A DNA stretch of 64,000 nucleotides from Chitinophagales bacterium (GCA_035438465.1 DAORIK010000003.1:4886-68885), one strand, 5' to 3'; numbered from the stretch's first letter, positions 9,349 through 19,191 are shown. The notes: generated from the letters alone by a model not told the origin. Made by a program: numbers and translations.

Positions 9349-10836
9349 ATGGAAACACTATCTCATTTCTCCTCCCAACACAAATTTGCAGGCGACGGAT
9401 TTACATTTGACGATGTGCTGTTATTACCGGCGTATTCACAGATTCTGCCCAGAGAAACAGACATCAGCACCAAGGTAACACGTAATATTACTATCAATAT
9501 TCCCATCCTTTCAGCAGCCATGGATACGGTAACAGAATCTAATCTTGCCATCGCACTGGCACGAGAAGGTGGTATTGGTGTCCTACACAAGAATATGTCA
9601 ATAGATGCTCAATCTGCAGAAGTGCGCAAAGTAAAACGCTCTGAAAGCGGACTGATTACCGACCCGATAACACTTCGGCCAACAGCAAAAGTGGCAGAAG
9701 CATTTGCGCTGATGTCTGAAAACAGAATCGGCGGCATTCCAATTACGAATGAAAATGGAATCTTAGTGGGCATTTTAACCAACAGAGATTTACGCTTCTG
9801 TAAAGATGCTTCTATGCTCATTCAGGATTTAATGACAAAAGACAGACTGATTACCGCTCCGGAAAAAACAACCTTAAAACAAGCGGAAGAAATCTTACAT
9901 CAATACAGGATTGAGAAGTTACCAATCGTTGACAAGAACAACAAACTGGTTGGGTTGATTACCTATAAAGATATTTTGAAAGTAAAAAATTATCCGAATT
10001 CTTCCAAAGATGATTCGGGCAGGTTGCGTGTTGCTGCAGCTGTGGGAGTTACCGCAGATATGATGCAGCGCATGGAAGCATTGGTAAACGTAGGTGTTGA
10101 TTTTATTTGTATCGATACGGCACACGGACATTCACATGGTGTATTGACTGCGATAAAAAATGCCAAACAAACGTTTCCTCATTTAGATATCGTTGGTGGA
10201 AATGTAGCTACAGGTGCTGCGGCAAAAGCATTGGCTGATGCCGGTGTGGATGCCGTAAAAGTAGGTGTTGGACCGGGTTCCATCTGCACTACACGTGTTG
10301 TAGCGGGTGTTGGTGTTCCGCAGCTCAGTGCCATATACGATGCTGCTGTTTCGTTGAAAAATACGGGTGTTCCTATTATCGGTGATGGCGGAATTCGTTA
10401 TACGGGCGATATGGTGAAAGCACTGGCAGCAGGTGCGAATACCATTATGGCAGGTTCTTTGTTTGCAGGTACTGAAGAAAGCCCGGGTAAAACAGTCATT
10501 TTTGAAGGGCGGAAATTTAAAACCTACCGCGGCATGGGTAGCCTGGAAGCGATGCAAGAAGGTAGTAAAGACAGGTACTTTCAAGACGTAGAAGAAGATA
10601 TTAAAAAATTAGTACCGGAAGGCATAGTAGGTCGTGTTCCTTATAAAGGAACGCTGAGCGAAGTGATTTACCAGTTTATTGGCGGCTTGCGGGCAGGTAT
10701 GGGCTATTGCGGTGCTAAAGATATTCCGACCTTACAGGAAGAGGCACAATTTGTAAAAATTACACAAGCCGGCGTTAATGAAAGCCATCCGCATGATGTG
10801 ACGATTACGAATGAAGCACCGAATTACAGCAGGTAA
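9349..10836 (+). CDS. guaB: IMP dehydrogenase
   Basis: [12 protein letters not shown] at the N-terminus, a CBS pair, the catalytic loop [11 protein letters not shown], and GGIRYTGD. Confidence 0.95.
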   Translation: METLSHFSSQHKFAGDGFTFDDVLLLPAYSQILPRETDISTKVTRNITINIPILSAAMDTVTESNLAIALAREGGIGVLHKNMSIDAQSAEVRKVKRSESGLITDPITLRPTAKVAEAFALMSENRIGGIPITNENGILVGILTNRDLRFCKDASMLIQDLMTKDRLITAPEKTTLKQAEEILHQYRIEKLPIVDKNNKLVGLITYKDILKVKNYPNSSKDDSGRLRVAAAVGVTADMMQRMEALVNVGVDFICIDTAHGHSHGVLTAIKNAKQTFPHLDIVGGNVATGAAAKALADAGVDAVKVGVGPGSICTTRVVAGVGVPQLSAIYDAAVSLKNTGVPIIGDGGIRYTGDMVKALAAGANTIMAGSLFAGTEESPGKTVIFEGRKFKTYRGMGSLEAMQEGSKDRYFQDVEEDIKKLVPEGIVGRVPYKGTLSEVIYQFIGGLRAGMGYCGAKDIPTLQEEAQFVKITQAGVNESHPHDVTITNEAPNYSR

Positions 10837-10873
10837 GTGAATTTCAGATTTTAGATTTTTTAATAGCTACCAA

Positions 10874-11569
10874 GTGGTAATTGATACAAAATTTAATTTT
10901 TATTCAGATTCTAAAGGTGGCGACCCTGACATCAAAAGTCCAACATTAAAAAAATTTCATAGAATTTTATGGAGTAAAGCTTTGCCAAGTGGAGAAATTT
11001 TGGAACTAAATGATAAAAAAAGTGGTGCTTATTTGTACCATAAGTCTGAACTTGGAGAGTTTCATTTTGGAAGTGATGCTATAACACACTCTTATAAAAA
11101 TCATAAACGAAAACAATGGCTTGTAACACAAATTCCTGAAGAAGTAAAGGAACTATTTGACACAGGTTCAACAATTGGAGCATATACACTTTTTCCAAAC
11201 AATAGAGTTGATGGCAAGCATACTATTAACCAAGCTAGAGGAATAAATTGTTTTATTGATGACAGATTTGATTTAACGTTAGAATGCATTCGTCTTTTTT
11301 ATTTAAAACAAACAAGTCCACTTTTTGACACTTTAAACAGATATAAAAATTTCTTTGATTTATTTGAAGATTTTATTGGTTATGTTAAATTTTTCATGTT
11401 AGAAGATTTAGTTGACGGGAACGGAAATATAAAATTCTATTTATCATTTGATAATTTTAGTACTAAACCTACATTTAATAATTTAAGCGATTATTTATTA
11501 TACAAACAAGGTGTAATGAATTTTATTAGATCAAGAAATGAAAGAATTAGAAAGCTACATAACGGATAA
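10874..11569 (+). CDS. hypothetical protein (orphan, AT-rich)
   Basis: 231-aa ORF with a GTG start and no signal peptide or TM helix. The motif block GGDPDIKSPTLKKFHRILWSKALPSG...FPNNRVDGKHTINQARG...DDRFDLTLECIR looks like a conserved uncharacterised family that I cannot name. Confidence 0.6.
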   Translation: MVIDTKFNFYSDSKGGDPDIKSPTLKKFHRILWSKALPSGEILELNDKKSGAYLYHKSELGEFHFGSDAITHSYKNHKRKQWLVTQIPEEVKELFDTGSTIGAYTLFPNNRVDGKHTINQARGINCFIDDRFDLTLECIRLFYLKQTSPLFDTLNRYKNFFDLFEDFIGYVKFFMLEDLVDGNGNIKFYLSFDNFSTKPTFNNLSDYLLYKQGVMNFIRSRNERIRKLHNG

Positions 11570-11689
11570 GAATACTACAACTTACTCAAATATCGTCTGT
11601 CTGTATTTAATAAACCAATTCTTAATTAGAAGAATTATAAAAATTAGTTGTGTAGGTACAAACTATAGCAATCGGTAAAGCAAAACCTT

Positions 11690-11727
11690 GAAAGCGTTTG
11701 CCACGCTGCTAGCAAAGCAAACGCTTT
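11690..11727. terminator. candidate bidirectional terminator hairpin
   Basis: AAAGCGTTTGC, a 15-nt loop, GCAAACGCTTT, then a T-run. It lies between convergent genes. Confidence 0.5.
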
Positions 11728-11742
11728 TAAGGTTAGTACAGC

Positions 11743-13380
11743 TTAAATCCAATTCCTCAACTTATCCAACCATGTTTTTGGGGAAGATAAATTAATATCA
11801 AATGAATAAATCTCGCCGCTTTTATTTTTAGATGTGCTGCTGATAATCGTATTATTTTTGGTAACCAATCTAAAGGCAATCGGTTCGTCTATTTTCGACA
11901 TGGTATCAATAATAAACTGAGTACTCAGTTCTGCTGTTGAAAATAGAATATCGTTGGGTTTATATGCATCTAAAATATCATTCAGGTTTTCTATGCTGCC
12001 TAAATTTTTTGTCGCTTTCACTCCATTTTTAATAGAGATAAAACCTAAATATGTATACTTTTTATTTGATTGTTGTAATTGTTCTGATATCGTTTTAGCT
12101 TCCTGTTCTCCACTGATAATAATGTATTTCTTTTCGTCACTTATAAATGTATGCAAGGTTCCATTAGCAAAATGCCATAAAAGTCTGTACGCAGACAACA
12201 GCCCTATATTTAATAAAAAGCCTACAATGATGACCCCTCTGGAGGTGCGTAGGAAATTTGGGAAAAAGGCGTAAGCTATAGCAATTACGAAGGTTCCGGC
12301 CGTCAATCCAACGAACAGATGTCGCCATTTCGTAGTTTTATTATACACCCCAAAAAACCACATCAGCAATAACCAAATGACCACATACATTGGTATATTG
12401 ATGTAAAAAAAAGTATCCGGAAAAATAACCTGCTCATCTCTTTTTATCACATTCTCCCAAAGCAAATGCAACAGATATAATATACCTGTCATACTGAGCA
12501 CATCCAACAAAGGCAGGGCAAAAGGTGTACTTACTTTTTGTACAATTGCCAGAAATGCTCTGACATAAATAGCGATATTCAACAATAATTTTAAGATTTT
12601 ACCGCGTGTGCCTGTTACATGTTTATTAGCAAAAATAATCATCGCCTTGTAAAACACCTTGATGTAATTCAGGCTGCCTTTTTTAGTACTTTCTCCTTTG
12701 AAATGGATAATAGATGTTTCAGCAAAATAATAATTTTTAAAACCCGCTTGTTTTATTCTGTATGATAAATCTATGTCTTCACCATACATAAAATAATCTT
12801 CATCTAATAAGCCAACTTTATCCAATACACTTTTTCTCAAAAACATAAAGGCTCCGCTTAATACATTTACTTCATGTGATTGATCCCTGTTCAAAAAAGA
12901 CAAGTGATACTGTCCGAATATTTTGGATTTTGGAAATACTTTTGCCAGACCACTCATCTTGGCAAAGGCTGCCAATGGCGAGGGAAAGCCACGTTTGGAT
13001 TCTGGCAAAAAGTTGCCTGCACCATCGTACATCTTCACACCTAAACCACCAATGTTTGCATCACTTTCCATCTTATTCATACATTTTTGCAACGTATCTT
13101 CCTGTATAATCGTGTCAGGATTCAGGAGTAAAATATATTCACCGCCAGCCATTCGTATTGCCTGGTTATTTGCTTTGGAAAATCCGACATTTTCTTTATT
13201 CGCAATTATGTTTACTGCAGGGAATTTTTGCTCCAGCATTTTCAATGAATCATCCGTAGAATTATTATCCACTACAAAAATTTCATAATCAAAGTTTACT
13301 ACAGATTTTAAAACCGACAGAATCGTTTGCTCTAAAAAATAGCGCACATTATAATTTACTATGACAATGGATAGTTTCAT
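11743..13380 (-). CDS. family 2 glycosyltransferase with C-terminal membrane and Rossmann-like extension
   Basis: The N-terminus SIVIVNYNVRYFL...VVDNNSTDDS and the DxD region (YGEDIDLS) indicate GT2. About five TM helices and a soluble tail follow. Confidence 0.85.
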   Translation of the reverse strand: MKLSIVIVNYNVRYFLEQTILSVLKSVVNFDYEIFVVDNNSTDDSLKMLEQKFPAVNIIANKENVGFSKANNQAIRMAGGEYILLLNPDTIIQEDTLQKCMNKMESDANIGGLGVKMYDGAGNFLPESKRGFPSPLAAFAKMSGLAKVFPKSKIFGQYHLSFLNRDQSHEVNVLSGAFMFLRKSVLDKVGLLDEDYFMYGEDIDLSYRIKQAGFKNYYFAETSIIHFKGESTKKGSLNYIKVFYKAMIIFANKHVTGTRGKILKLLLNIAIYVRAFLAIVQKVSTPFALPLLDVLSMTGILYLLHLLWENVIKRDEQVIFPDTFFYINIPMYVVIWLLLMWFFGVYNKTTKWRHLFVGLTAGTFVIAIAYAFFPNFLRTSRGVIIVGFLLNIGLLSAYRLLWHFANGTLHTFISDEKKYIIISGEQEAKTISEQLQQSNKKYTYLGFISIKNGVKATKNLGSIENLNDILDAYKPNDILFSTAELSTQFIIDTMSKIDEPIAFRLVTKNNTIISSTSKNKSGEIYSFDINLSSPKTWLDKLRNWI

Positions 13381-13400
13381 TGACCTATAAATACGATTTT

Positions 13401-13418
13401 AACCACATAGAAACATAG
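13401..13418. repeat. left arm of an 18-bp perfect inverted repeat flanking the GxxExxY gene
   Basis: AACCACATAGAAACATAG is the exact reverse complement of 13864-13881. Confidence 0.85.
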
Positions 13419-13421
13419 TTT

Positions 13422-13856
13422 TCATTTCTTTTGCAGTTTACTAAAATATTCATTTACGTATGTTTTTTGTCCTTGATTAAAAATATTTGAGCAATTAAAG
13501 TTCAGTAGAATTCCTTTTGGTGCTTCTAATAGTTTCATATAAGTAAGAAGCTGCGCTTCAAAAGCAACATTTATCTCTTGTACAGCTTTTAATTCAACAA
13601 CTATACAATTCTCAATAAATAAATCGCATCTAAAATCAATATTCAATTCTTTTCCTTTGTAAATAACCGGCACTTTTAGCTCTGTGAGAAAATTTATTTT
13701 CCTATGTAATAATTCTTCAATCATGCATTGCTGATATACACTTTCTAATAAACCACGACCCATAAATTTATGAACTTCTATTGCTGAACCAACTATCTCA
13801 TAAGTTAACTCATCTAGATATTTCTGAGTTATTTTATTATCTATTACTGAGTTCAT
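13422..13856 (-). CDS. GxxExxY protein (PD-(D/E)XK-like, 23S rRNA intervening-sequence protein family)
   Basis: 144 aa. EIVGSAIEVHKFMGRGLLESVYQQCMIEEL carries the GxxExxY signature. The rest follows the family pattern (DLFIENCIVVELK...LLNF). Confidence 0.85.
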   Translation of the reverse strand: MNSVIDNKITQKYLDELTYEIVGSAIEVHKFMGRGLLESVYQQCMIEELLHRKINFLTELKVPVIYKGKELNIDFRCDLFIENCIVVELKAVQEINVAFEAQLLTYMKLLEAPKGILLNFNCSNIFNQGQKTYVNEYFSKLQKK

Positions 13857-13863
13857 TAGTATT

Positions 13864-13881
13864 CTATGTTTCTATGTGGTT
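13864..13881. repeat. right arm of the inverted repeat
   Basis: CTATGTTTCTATGTGGTT. The arm is built from two tandem TTCTATGT octamers (13862-13877). Confidence 0.85.
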
Positions 13882-13888
13882 TAAAAAA

Positions 13889-14506
13889 TTATTTGCTTAA
13901 ATAATTCTCGTACGGCAGTCTTGATTGTATAGAACGCGCTAAAGTAATTTCATCTACATATTCCAGTTCTCCGCCAAAGGCAATACCTCGTGCAATAGAC
14001 GTAATTTTTAATTCGTATTTAGATAGCAATTTTGATAAATAGAAGATAGTGGTATCTCCGTCAATTGTTGGATTTAATGCCATAATGATTTCATTCACAT
14101 CACCGTCTTCTACCCTTTTCACAAGGCTTTGAATATTTAATTGCTCGGGACCAATACCATCCATCGGCGAAATCAAGCCCTCCAGCACATGATATAAACC
14201 ATTATAGTGCCGAGTATTTTCAATAGCTATAATATCCCTGAAATTTTCTACAATACACACCACACTTTTATCTCGATAAGAATTGGTGCAAATACTACAA
14301 ACATCCGCGTCAGATACATTATGACATGTTTTACAGAATTTAATTTCTGTACGCATCTTCAAAATTGCTTCCGATAAATACCTGGTATCATGCGCATCTT
14401 TTTGTAATAAATGCATCACTAAACGCAGGGCTGTTTTTTTTCCAACACCAGGCAGCGTTGCAAAAGCGTTCACCGCATCTTCAATTAATTTAGACGGAAA
14501 TTGCAT
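13889..14506 (-). CDS. recR: recombination protein RecR
   Basis: HhH LPGVGKKTALRL, the zinc finger CKTCHNVSDADVCSIC, and a Toprim domain. Confidence 0.95.
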   Translation of the reverse strand: MQFPSKLIEDAVNAFATLPGVGKKTALRLVMHLLQKDAHDTRYLSEAILKMRTEIKFCKTCHNVSDADVCSICTNSYRDKSVVCIVENFRDIIAIENTRHYNGLYHVLEGLISPMDGIGPEQLNIQSLVKRVEDGDVNEIIMALNPTIDGDTTIFYLSKLLSKYELKITSIARGIAFGGELEYVDEITLARSIQSRLPYENYLSK

Positions 14507-14610
14507 GACCTAAAGGTAGTAATAAGTAATAAGTTGTAAGTGATAAGTGGATATTTTTTTGATTTAACTTTATCAATTAATCGTACATTGTTAATCGTTA
14601 ATTTAACAGT

Positions 14611-16095
14611 ATGTCGCCAATAGTAATTTCCATCAGCTTAATAGCCTATTTCTTATTCTTATTTGTGATTGCATGGTACACTTCTAAAAATGCAAACAAT
14701 AAAGATTTTTTTGTCGGCGGAAAAGCATCCCCCTGGTATATTGTTGCCTATGGAATGATCGGTACTTCTCTCTCAGGTGTAACATTTATATCCGTTCCCG
14801 GAAAAGTAGGCACTGCACACTTCGCCTATTTTCAGGTAGTAATTGGTTATTTAATCGGATATTTTGTCATTGCATTTGTACTGCTTCCATTGTATTACAA
14901 ACTTAACCTAACTTCAATTTATACCTATTTGCAAAAACGTTTCGGCAATACTACTTATAAAACAGGGGCGGGTTTTTTTATTTTGTCCAGAACTCTAGGT
15001 GCCACACTACGGCTTTACCTGGTAATTAATGTATTACAGATTTTTTTACTTCCTGATGGGTTGGGATTTTTTACAATTGCCGCCTTGGTAATTTTAATCA
15101 TGATTTTGCTGTACACCTTCAAAGGTGGAGTGAAATCTATTGTCTGGACGGACATGCTGCAAACTTCATTTATGTTACTGGCATTAGTTACATGTGTATG
15201 GTTTATCAAAAATGAATTACATCTATCGTTTGGCGGTTTGATTGGTTCGCTGCAGGAAAAAGGATATACAGAAATTTTCATGACCGATTGGCTGAAAGGA
15301 AATTTCTTTATCAAACAAATTATTGGCGGTATGTTTATTACGATTGCTATGACCGGTTTAGATCAGGAAATGATGCAGAAAAATATCAGTTGTAAAAATT
15401 TAGGGGAAGCACAGAAAAACATGGTTACGTTTAGTTTTATTTTACTGTTTGTAAATTTGATTTTTCTGATTCTAGGTGGTGTATTGTATCTATATGCTGA
15501 AGCCAAAGTAATTGAAATTCCGGCAATGACGGATAATTTGTTCCCGATTATTGCATTAAAATATTTACCGGGCTTTATTGCTATCATATTTGTGATTGGA
15601 TTAATTTCCGCTTTGTTTCCAAGTGCTGATGGTGCTTTAACTGCACTCACTTCTTCTATCTGTATAGACATCCTGGGCATAAATGATAATAAAAATTTAG
15701 ATGAACAGCAACGTACGAAGACAAGATTAACCGTACACTTTATTATGGCATTTGTTTTTCTGCTTTTTGTCATTGGATTTAAAGTCCTGAACAAAGCTGC
15801 CATTATAGATTTATTGCTAAAAATTGCAGGCTATACTTACGGACCACTCTTAGGTTTATTTATGTTTGGAATATTAACCAAGCGAAAAATTAATGATAAA
15901 TTATCTCCTGTAATTTGTCTGATTGCACCCGTTATTTGTTTTATTGCAGATAAAAACTCGGACAAACTCGCTACAGGATTTTCGTTCGGGCCCGAGATGC
16001 TTTTATGGAACGGATTGCTCACTTTTGTTGGTTTATACGTTATCAGCAAGCCATCATCCGGTGTTTCTGCACTTGATAATGAGCTAAATAAGTAG
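14611..16095 (+). CDS. sodium:solute symporter family transporter
   Basis: 494 aa with about 13 TM helices. The SSS-type N-terminus reads FFVGGKASPWYIVAYGMIGTSLSGVTFISVPG. Confidence 0.85.
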   Translation: MSPIVISISLIAYFLFLFVIAWYTSKNANNKDFFVGGKASPWYIVAYGMIGTSLSGVTFISVPGKVGTAHFAYFQVVIGYLIGYFVIAFVLLPLYYKLNLTSIYTYLQKRFGNTTYKTGAGFFILSRTLGATLRLYLVINVLQIFLLPDGLGFFTIAALVILIMILLYTFKGGVKSIVWTDMLQTSFMLLALVTCVWFIKNELHLSFGGLIGSLQEKGYTEIFMTDWLKGNFFIKQIIGGMFITIAMTGLDQEMMQKNISCKNLGEAQKNMVTFSFILLFVNLIFLILGGVLYLYAEAKVIEIPAMTDNLFPIIALKYLPGFIAIIFVIGLISALFPSADGALTALTSSICIDILGINDNKNLDEQQRTKTRLTVHFIMAFVFLLFVIGFKVLNKAAIIDLLLKIAGYTYGPLLGLFMFGILTKRKINDKLSPVICLIAPVICFIADKNSDKLATGFSFGPEMLLWNGLLTFVGLYVISKPSSGVSALDNELNK

Positions 16096-16124
16096 AAAAT
16101 TTCAGATTTATTACTATCTTGGCA

Positions 16125-16150
16125 TCCCGAAAATGTCGGGACGGATTTTT
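16125..16150 (+). terminator. hairpin TCCCGA-AAATG-TCGGGA with a T-run (terminator candidate and repeat-family member)
   Basis: Lies 30 nt after the symporter stop and is followed by CGGATTTTT. The same hairpin core recurs at 19117-19133. Confidence 0.5.
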
Positions 16151-16250
16151 ATGTAATTCTTTAATTAAAAAATCCCTTTTTACGATTTTTAAAATCTATT
16201 AGCAAGTAGTAATCGTAAATTGTACATTGTAAATCGTAAATAAAAAAAGT

Positions 16251-16964
16251 ATGTCATTAGATGATTTTAAAAAGAAAAAACCCTTTAAGCAAAAAAGCTG
16301 GACACAGGTAAATGCATCGAACAGCTGGAGTATGTTTCGTATTATGAGTGAGTTTGTAGATGCTTATGATAAGATGGATAAAATTGGTCCATGTATTTCT
16401 ATATTTGGTTCAGCGCGCACCAAACCGGAAAATCCGTACTATCAGTTGGCTGTAAAAGTAGCTGAGCGTTTATCGGAAGAAGGATACGGCGTGATTACTG
16501 GTGGCGGTCCCGGTATCATGGAAGCCGGCAATCTGGGTGCGCAAAACAAAGATGGAAAGTCTGTTGGATTAAATATTGAATTGCCATTTGAGCAAGGGCA
16601 TAATCCTTATATTGACAACGACAAACTTATTTCACATCACTACTTTTTTGTAAGGAAAGTTGTATTCGTAAAATATGCTCAGGGTTTTGTTTATTTACCC
16701 GGAGGCTTCGGCACGTTTGATGAATTATTTGAAGTAATGACGCTGGTGCAGACAAAAAAAATAGACAGAGTTCCGATTGTACTGATGGGTACTTCCTTCT
16801 GGAAAGGTTTATTGGATTGGATGAAATCAGAAGTACTGAATAATCAGCATAACATCGGTGAAAATGATTTCAATTTATTTTTAGTAACAGATGATGTGGA
16901 AGAAGCGATTACATATATTAATACATTCTATGCTGAACATGATTTAGCTCCGAATTTCTCGTAA
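16251..16964 (+). CDS. LOG family / TIGR00730 Rossmann-fold nucleotide-binding protein
   Basis: GGGPGIMEA and PGGFGTFDELFE motifs. Confidence 0.9.
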   Translation: MSLDDFKKKKPFKQKSWTQVNASNSWSMFRIMSEFVDAYDKMDKIGPCISIFGSARTKPENPYYQLAVKVAERLSEEGYGVITGGGPGIMEAGNLGAQNKDGKSVGLNIELPFEQGHNPYIDNDKLISHHYFFVRKVVFVKYAQGFVYLPGGFGTFDELFEVMTLVQTKKIDRVPIVLMGTSFWKGLLDWMKSEVLNNQHNIGENDFNLFLVTDDVEEAITYINTFYAEHDLAPNFS

Positions 16965-16984
16965 TCTATCTCTTAAAGATATGT

Positions 16985-17018
16985 AAAGGGTGGCAAAACA
17001 TGCCACCCTTTTTTATTT
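16985..17018 (+). terminator. intrinsic terminator
   Basis: AAAGGGTGGCA-AAACA-TGCCACCCTTT followed by TTTTATTTT. Confidence 0.8.
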
Positions 17019-17360
17019 TCCTATTCCTTTTAATGCTTTATGTGCTGTTCTTTGGAATTAAAATACTATTGAGCTGTTGTAGTCAACTGTATTTTTTCTG
17101 TAATCTGCAGCAATATAATCAGCATATTCCTGAATAAACTTTTCAGCTTTTGAATATTATTTCAGCTTAACTTCCAATGTAACTACATTCGTAAAGATAA
17201 GTCTGGTGATATTATAAAACGCAACATCAGATGGAATACTGACACCTTGTTTTACCAGTTTAAATATTAATTGCAAACTTAATCACTTTTTATCTTAGTT
17301 CGGCTGAGGCCCCGTTTATTCTGGGTGCCTTTTATTATGTGTGGTTTGATAAATTGTTTC

Positions 17361-17368
17361 TATTTTTG
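17361..17368 (+). promoter_or_regulatory. candidate -7 box TATTTTTG for the M23 peptidase
   Basis: TAnnTTTG, 7 nt from the A of the ATG at 17375. Confidence 0.4.
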
Positions 17369-17374
17369 AGAAGT

Positions 17375-19096
17375 ATGTTTATTCATAAGAAAATAGGAGC
17401 TCTGTTTATTGTTTTCAGTTTACTGCTTACTGCATACTCTTTTTCACAAGAGTACAGAAATAGTGGTTTTATTAAACCAATGAATTTGCCGTTTAATTTA
17501 GCAGGTTCTTTTGGCGAACCACGCCCGGATCATTTTCATTCAGGCATAGATATAAAAACTAATGGTGTGGAAGGTGAGCCTGTGTTTGCCGTATATGACG
17601 GTTATATTTCACGTATTCGGGTTTCACCGTATGGATACGGAAGAGCCATTTATATTACACATACAAACGGTTTTACGAGTGTTTACGGACATTTGAGTAA
17701 ATTTTATGGTGCAATAGAAAAATATATACATACACAACACTACACACTGAAAAAATCAGAATTGGATTTGACATTAAATGCCGGTATTTTTCCTGTTAAA
17801 CAAAATGATACGATTGCTTTTTCCGGCAATACCGGCGGCAGTACGGCACCGCATTTACATTTTGAAGTTAGAAACACCAAAAACGAACACGCTTTAAATC
17901 CATTAGATTTTTATCCAAGAAGTTTTTATGTAGATACGATTCCGCCGCAGATTAATAAGGTGAAAGTAAATATATTTTCTGCAGGATATTTTTACAATTC
18001 ATTCAGAAAGAATTATTATAATTTACCAACAAAAGAAAGATTGAATTTTTCTGAACCTAATTATGCAATTGATTACAGTAATTACTATTCTTTTTCTTTA
18101 GAAGGATATGACAAACAAGATAATTCAGAAAATAAAAATGGAATAAATAAAATAGAAGTACTTCAAAACGACAGTCTTGTTTTTAAATATGATTTAACAG
18201 AAATAGATTTTGACAAAACACGTATGTGCAATGCATTTGTTGATTATACTGAAATGATGAACGGCAGTGGTTATTTTTACAATTGTTATCAGTTGAAAAA
18301 TAATTCTTTACCAATCTACATGTTTGGCAATGGTTTTTTCGCAAATGGACAAATAGATTCTGTAGCTATTTATGACATATATTGTTATGATTACAATAAA
18401 AACAAAACCAAAATAAAGTTTGAAATACCTAAAAGTAATTCAATAACAGATTATGAATTTTTAAATTGGAAAAAAGATTCTATTGCTATAACAGAGCGAT
18501 TTAAGAATATGACAGATAGTATTTCTTTGCCAGGATTTCAAATCCGATTTACAGAAAATACTTTTTATGATGACATTTATCTTACATTATCGAAAAGATT
18601 TATAAGAGACACGGCTGTTTATAAAATAAGCACTGATTATAATTTAATTCCGCTCCACAAACCAGCCAAAATAGAATTCAACTCTTCTATCAAAAAAAAC
18701 CGGAAGAAGATAGTTATTGTACGACAAGATAATAAAGGAAAAGAAACAGCACTAAAAACTACTTTTGATAAAACAAAATTTTATGCAGAAACGAAAGAGC
18801 TTGGTTCATTCTATTTAAAATATGATACCACAAAACCAACAATTGAAATTCCAAATCTCAAATCGCAAATCCCAAATCTTATCATTCAGGCAAAAATTTC
18901 AGATGAGCTTTCCGGAATCAATACTTATAACGGCTACGTTGACAATAAATGGGTCAATTTCTATTACGATGCAAAAAATGATGTGATTCTATATAATTTT
19001 GACGAATATTGCACCAAAGGTGAACATACTTTAAAAATCATTGTTACTGATAATGTTGGAAATAAGAATACAATAACTAATAAATTTAATTACTAA
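17375..19096 (+). CDS. M23 family metallopeptidase
   Basis: HFHSGIDI and APHLHFEV zinc-ligand motifs after a signal peptide (MFIHKKIGALFIVFSLLL). A long C-terminal extension follows. I prefer the ATG at 17375 over the GTG at 17339. Confidence 0.85.
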   Translation: MFIHKKIGALFIVFSLLLTAYSFSQEYRNSGFIKPMNLPFNLAGSFGEPRPDHFHSGIDIKTNGVEGEPVFAVYDGYISRIRVSPYGYGRAIYITHTNGFTSVYGHLSKFYGAIEKYIHTQHYTLKKSELDLTLNAGIFPVKQNDTIAFSGNTGGSTAPHLHFEVRNTKNEHALNPLDFYPRSFYVDTIPPQINKVKVNIFSAGYFYNSFRKNYYNLPTKERLNFSEPNYAIDYSNYYSFSLEGYDKQDNSENKNGINKIEVLQNDSLVFKYDLTEIDFDKTRMCNAFVDYTEMMNGSGYFYNCYQLKNNSLPIYMFGNGFFANGQIDSVAIYDIYCYDYNKNKTKIKFEIPKSNSITDYEFLNWKKDSIAITERFKNMTDSISLPGFQIRFTENTFYDDIYLTLSKRFIRDTAVYKISTDYNLIPLHKPAKIEFNSSIKKNRKKIVIVRQDNKGKETALKTTFDKTKFYAETKELGSFYLKYDTTKPTIEIPNLKSQIPNLIIQAKISDELSGINTYNGYVDNKWVNFYYDAKNDVILYNFDEYCTKGEHTLKIIVTDNVGNKNTITNKFNY

Positions 19097-19103
19097 TAAG
19101 ATG

Positions 19104-19160
19104 CAGCGAGATTTCTTCCCGAAATAATCGGGACAGGCTGCTACGCTCGAAATGAGATTC
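19104..19160 (-). repeat. composite copy of the intergenic repeat family
   Basis: The minus strand reads CTCATTTCGAGCGTAGCAGCC-TGTCCCGATTATTTCGGGAA-GAAATCTCGCTGC. This is a TCATTTCGAG...GAAATC unit carrying the TCCCGA/TCGGGA hairpin. Confidence 0.5.
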
Positions 19161-19191
19161 AACAATTTTATAATTCATTAATTCTACAATT

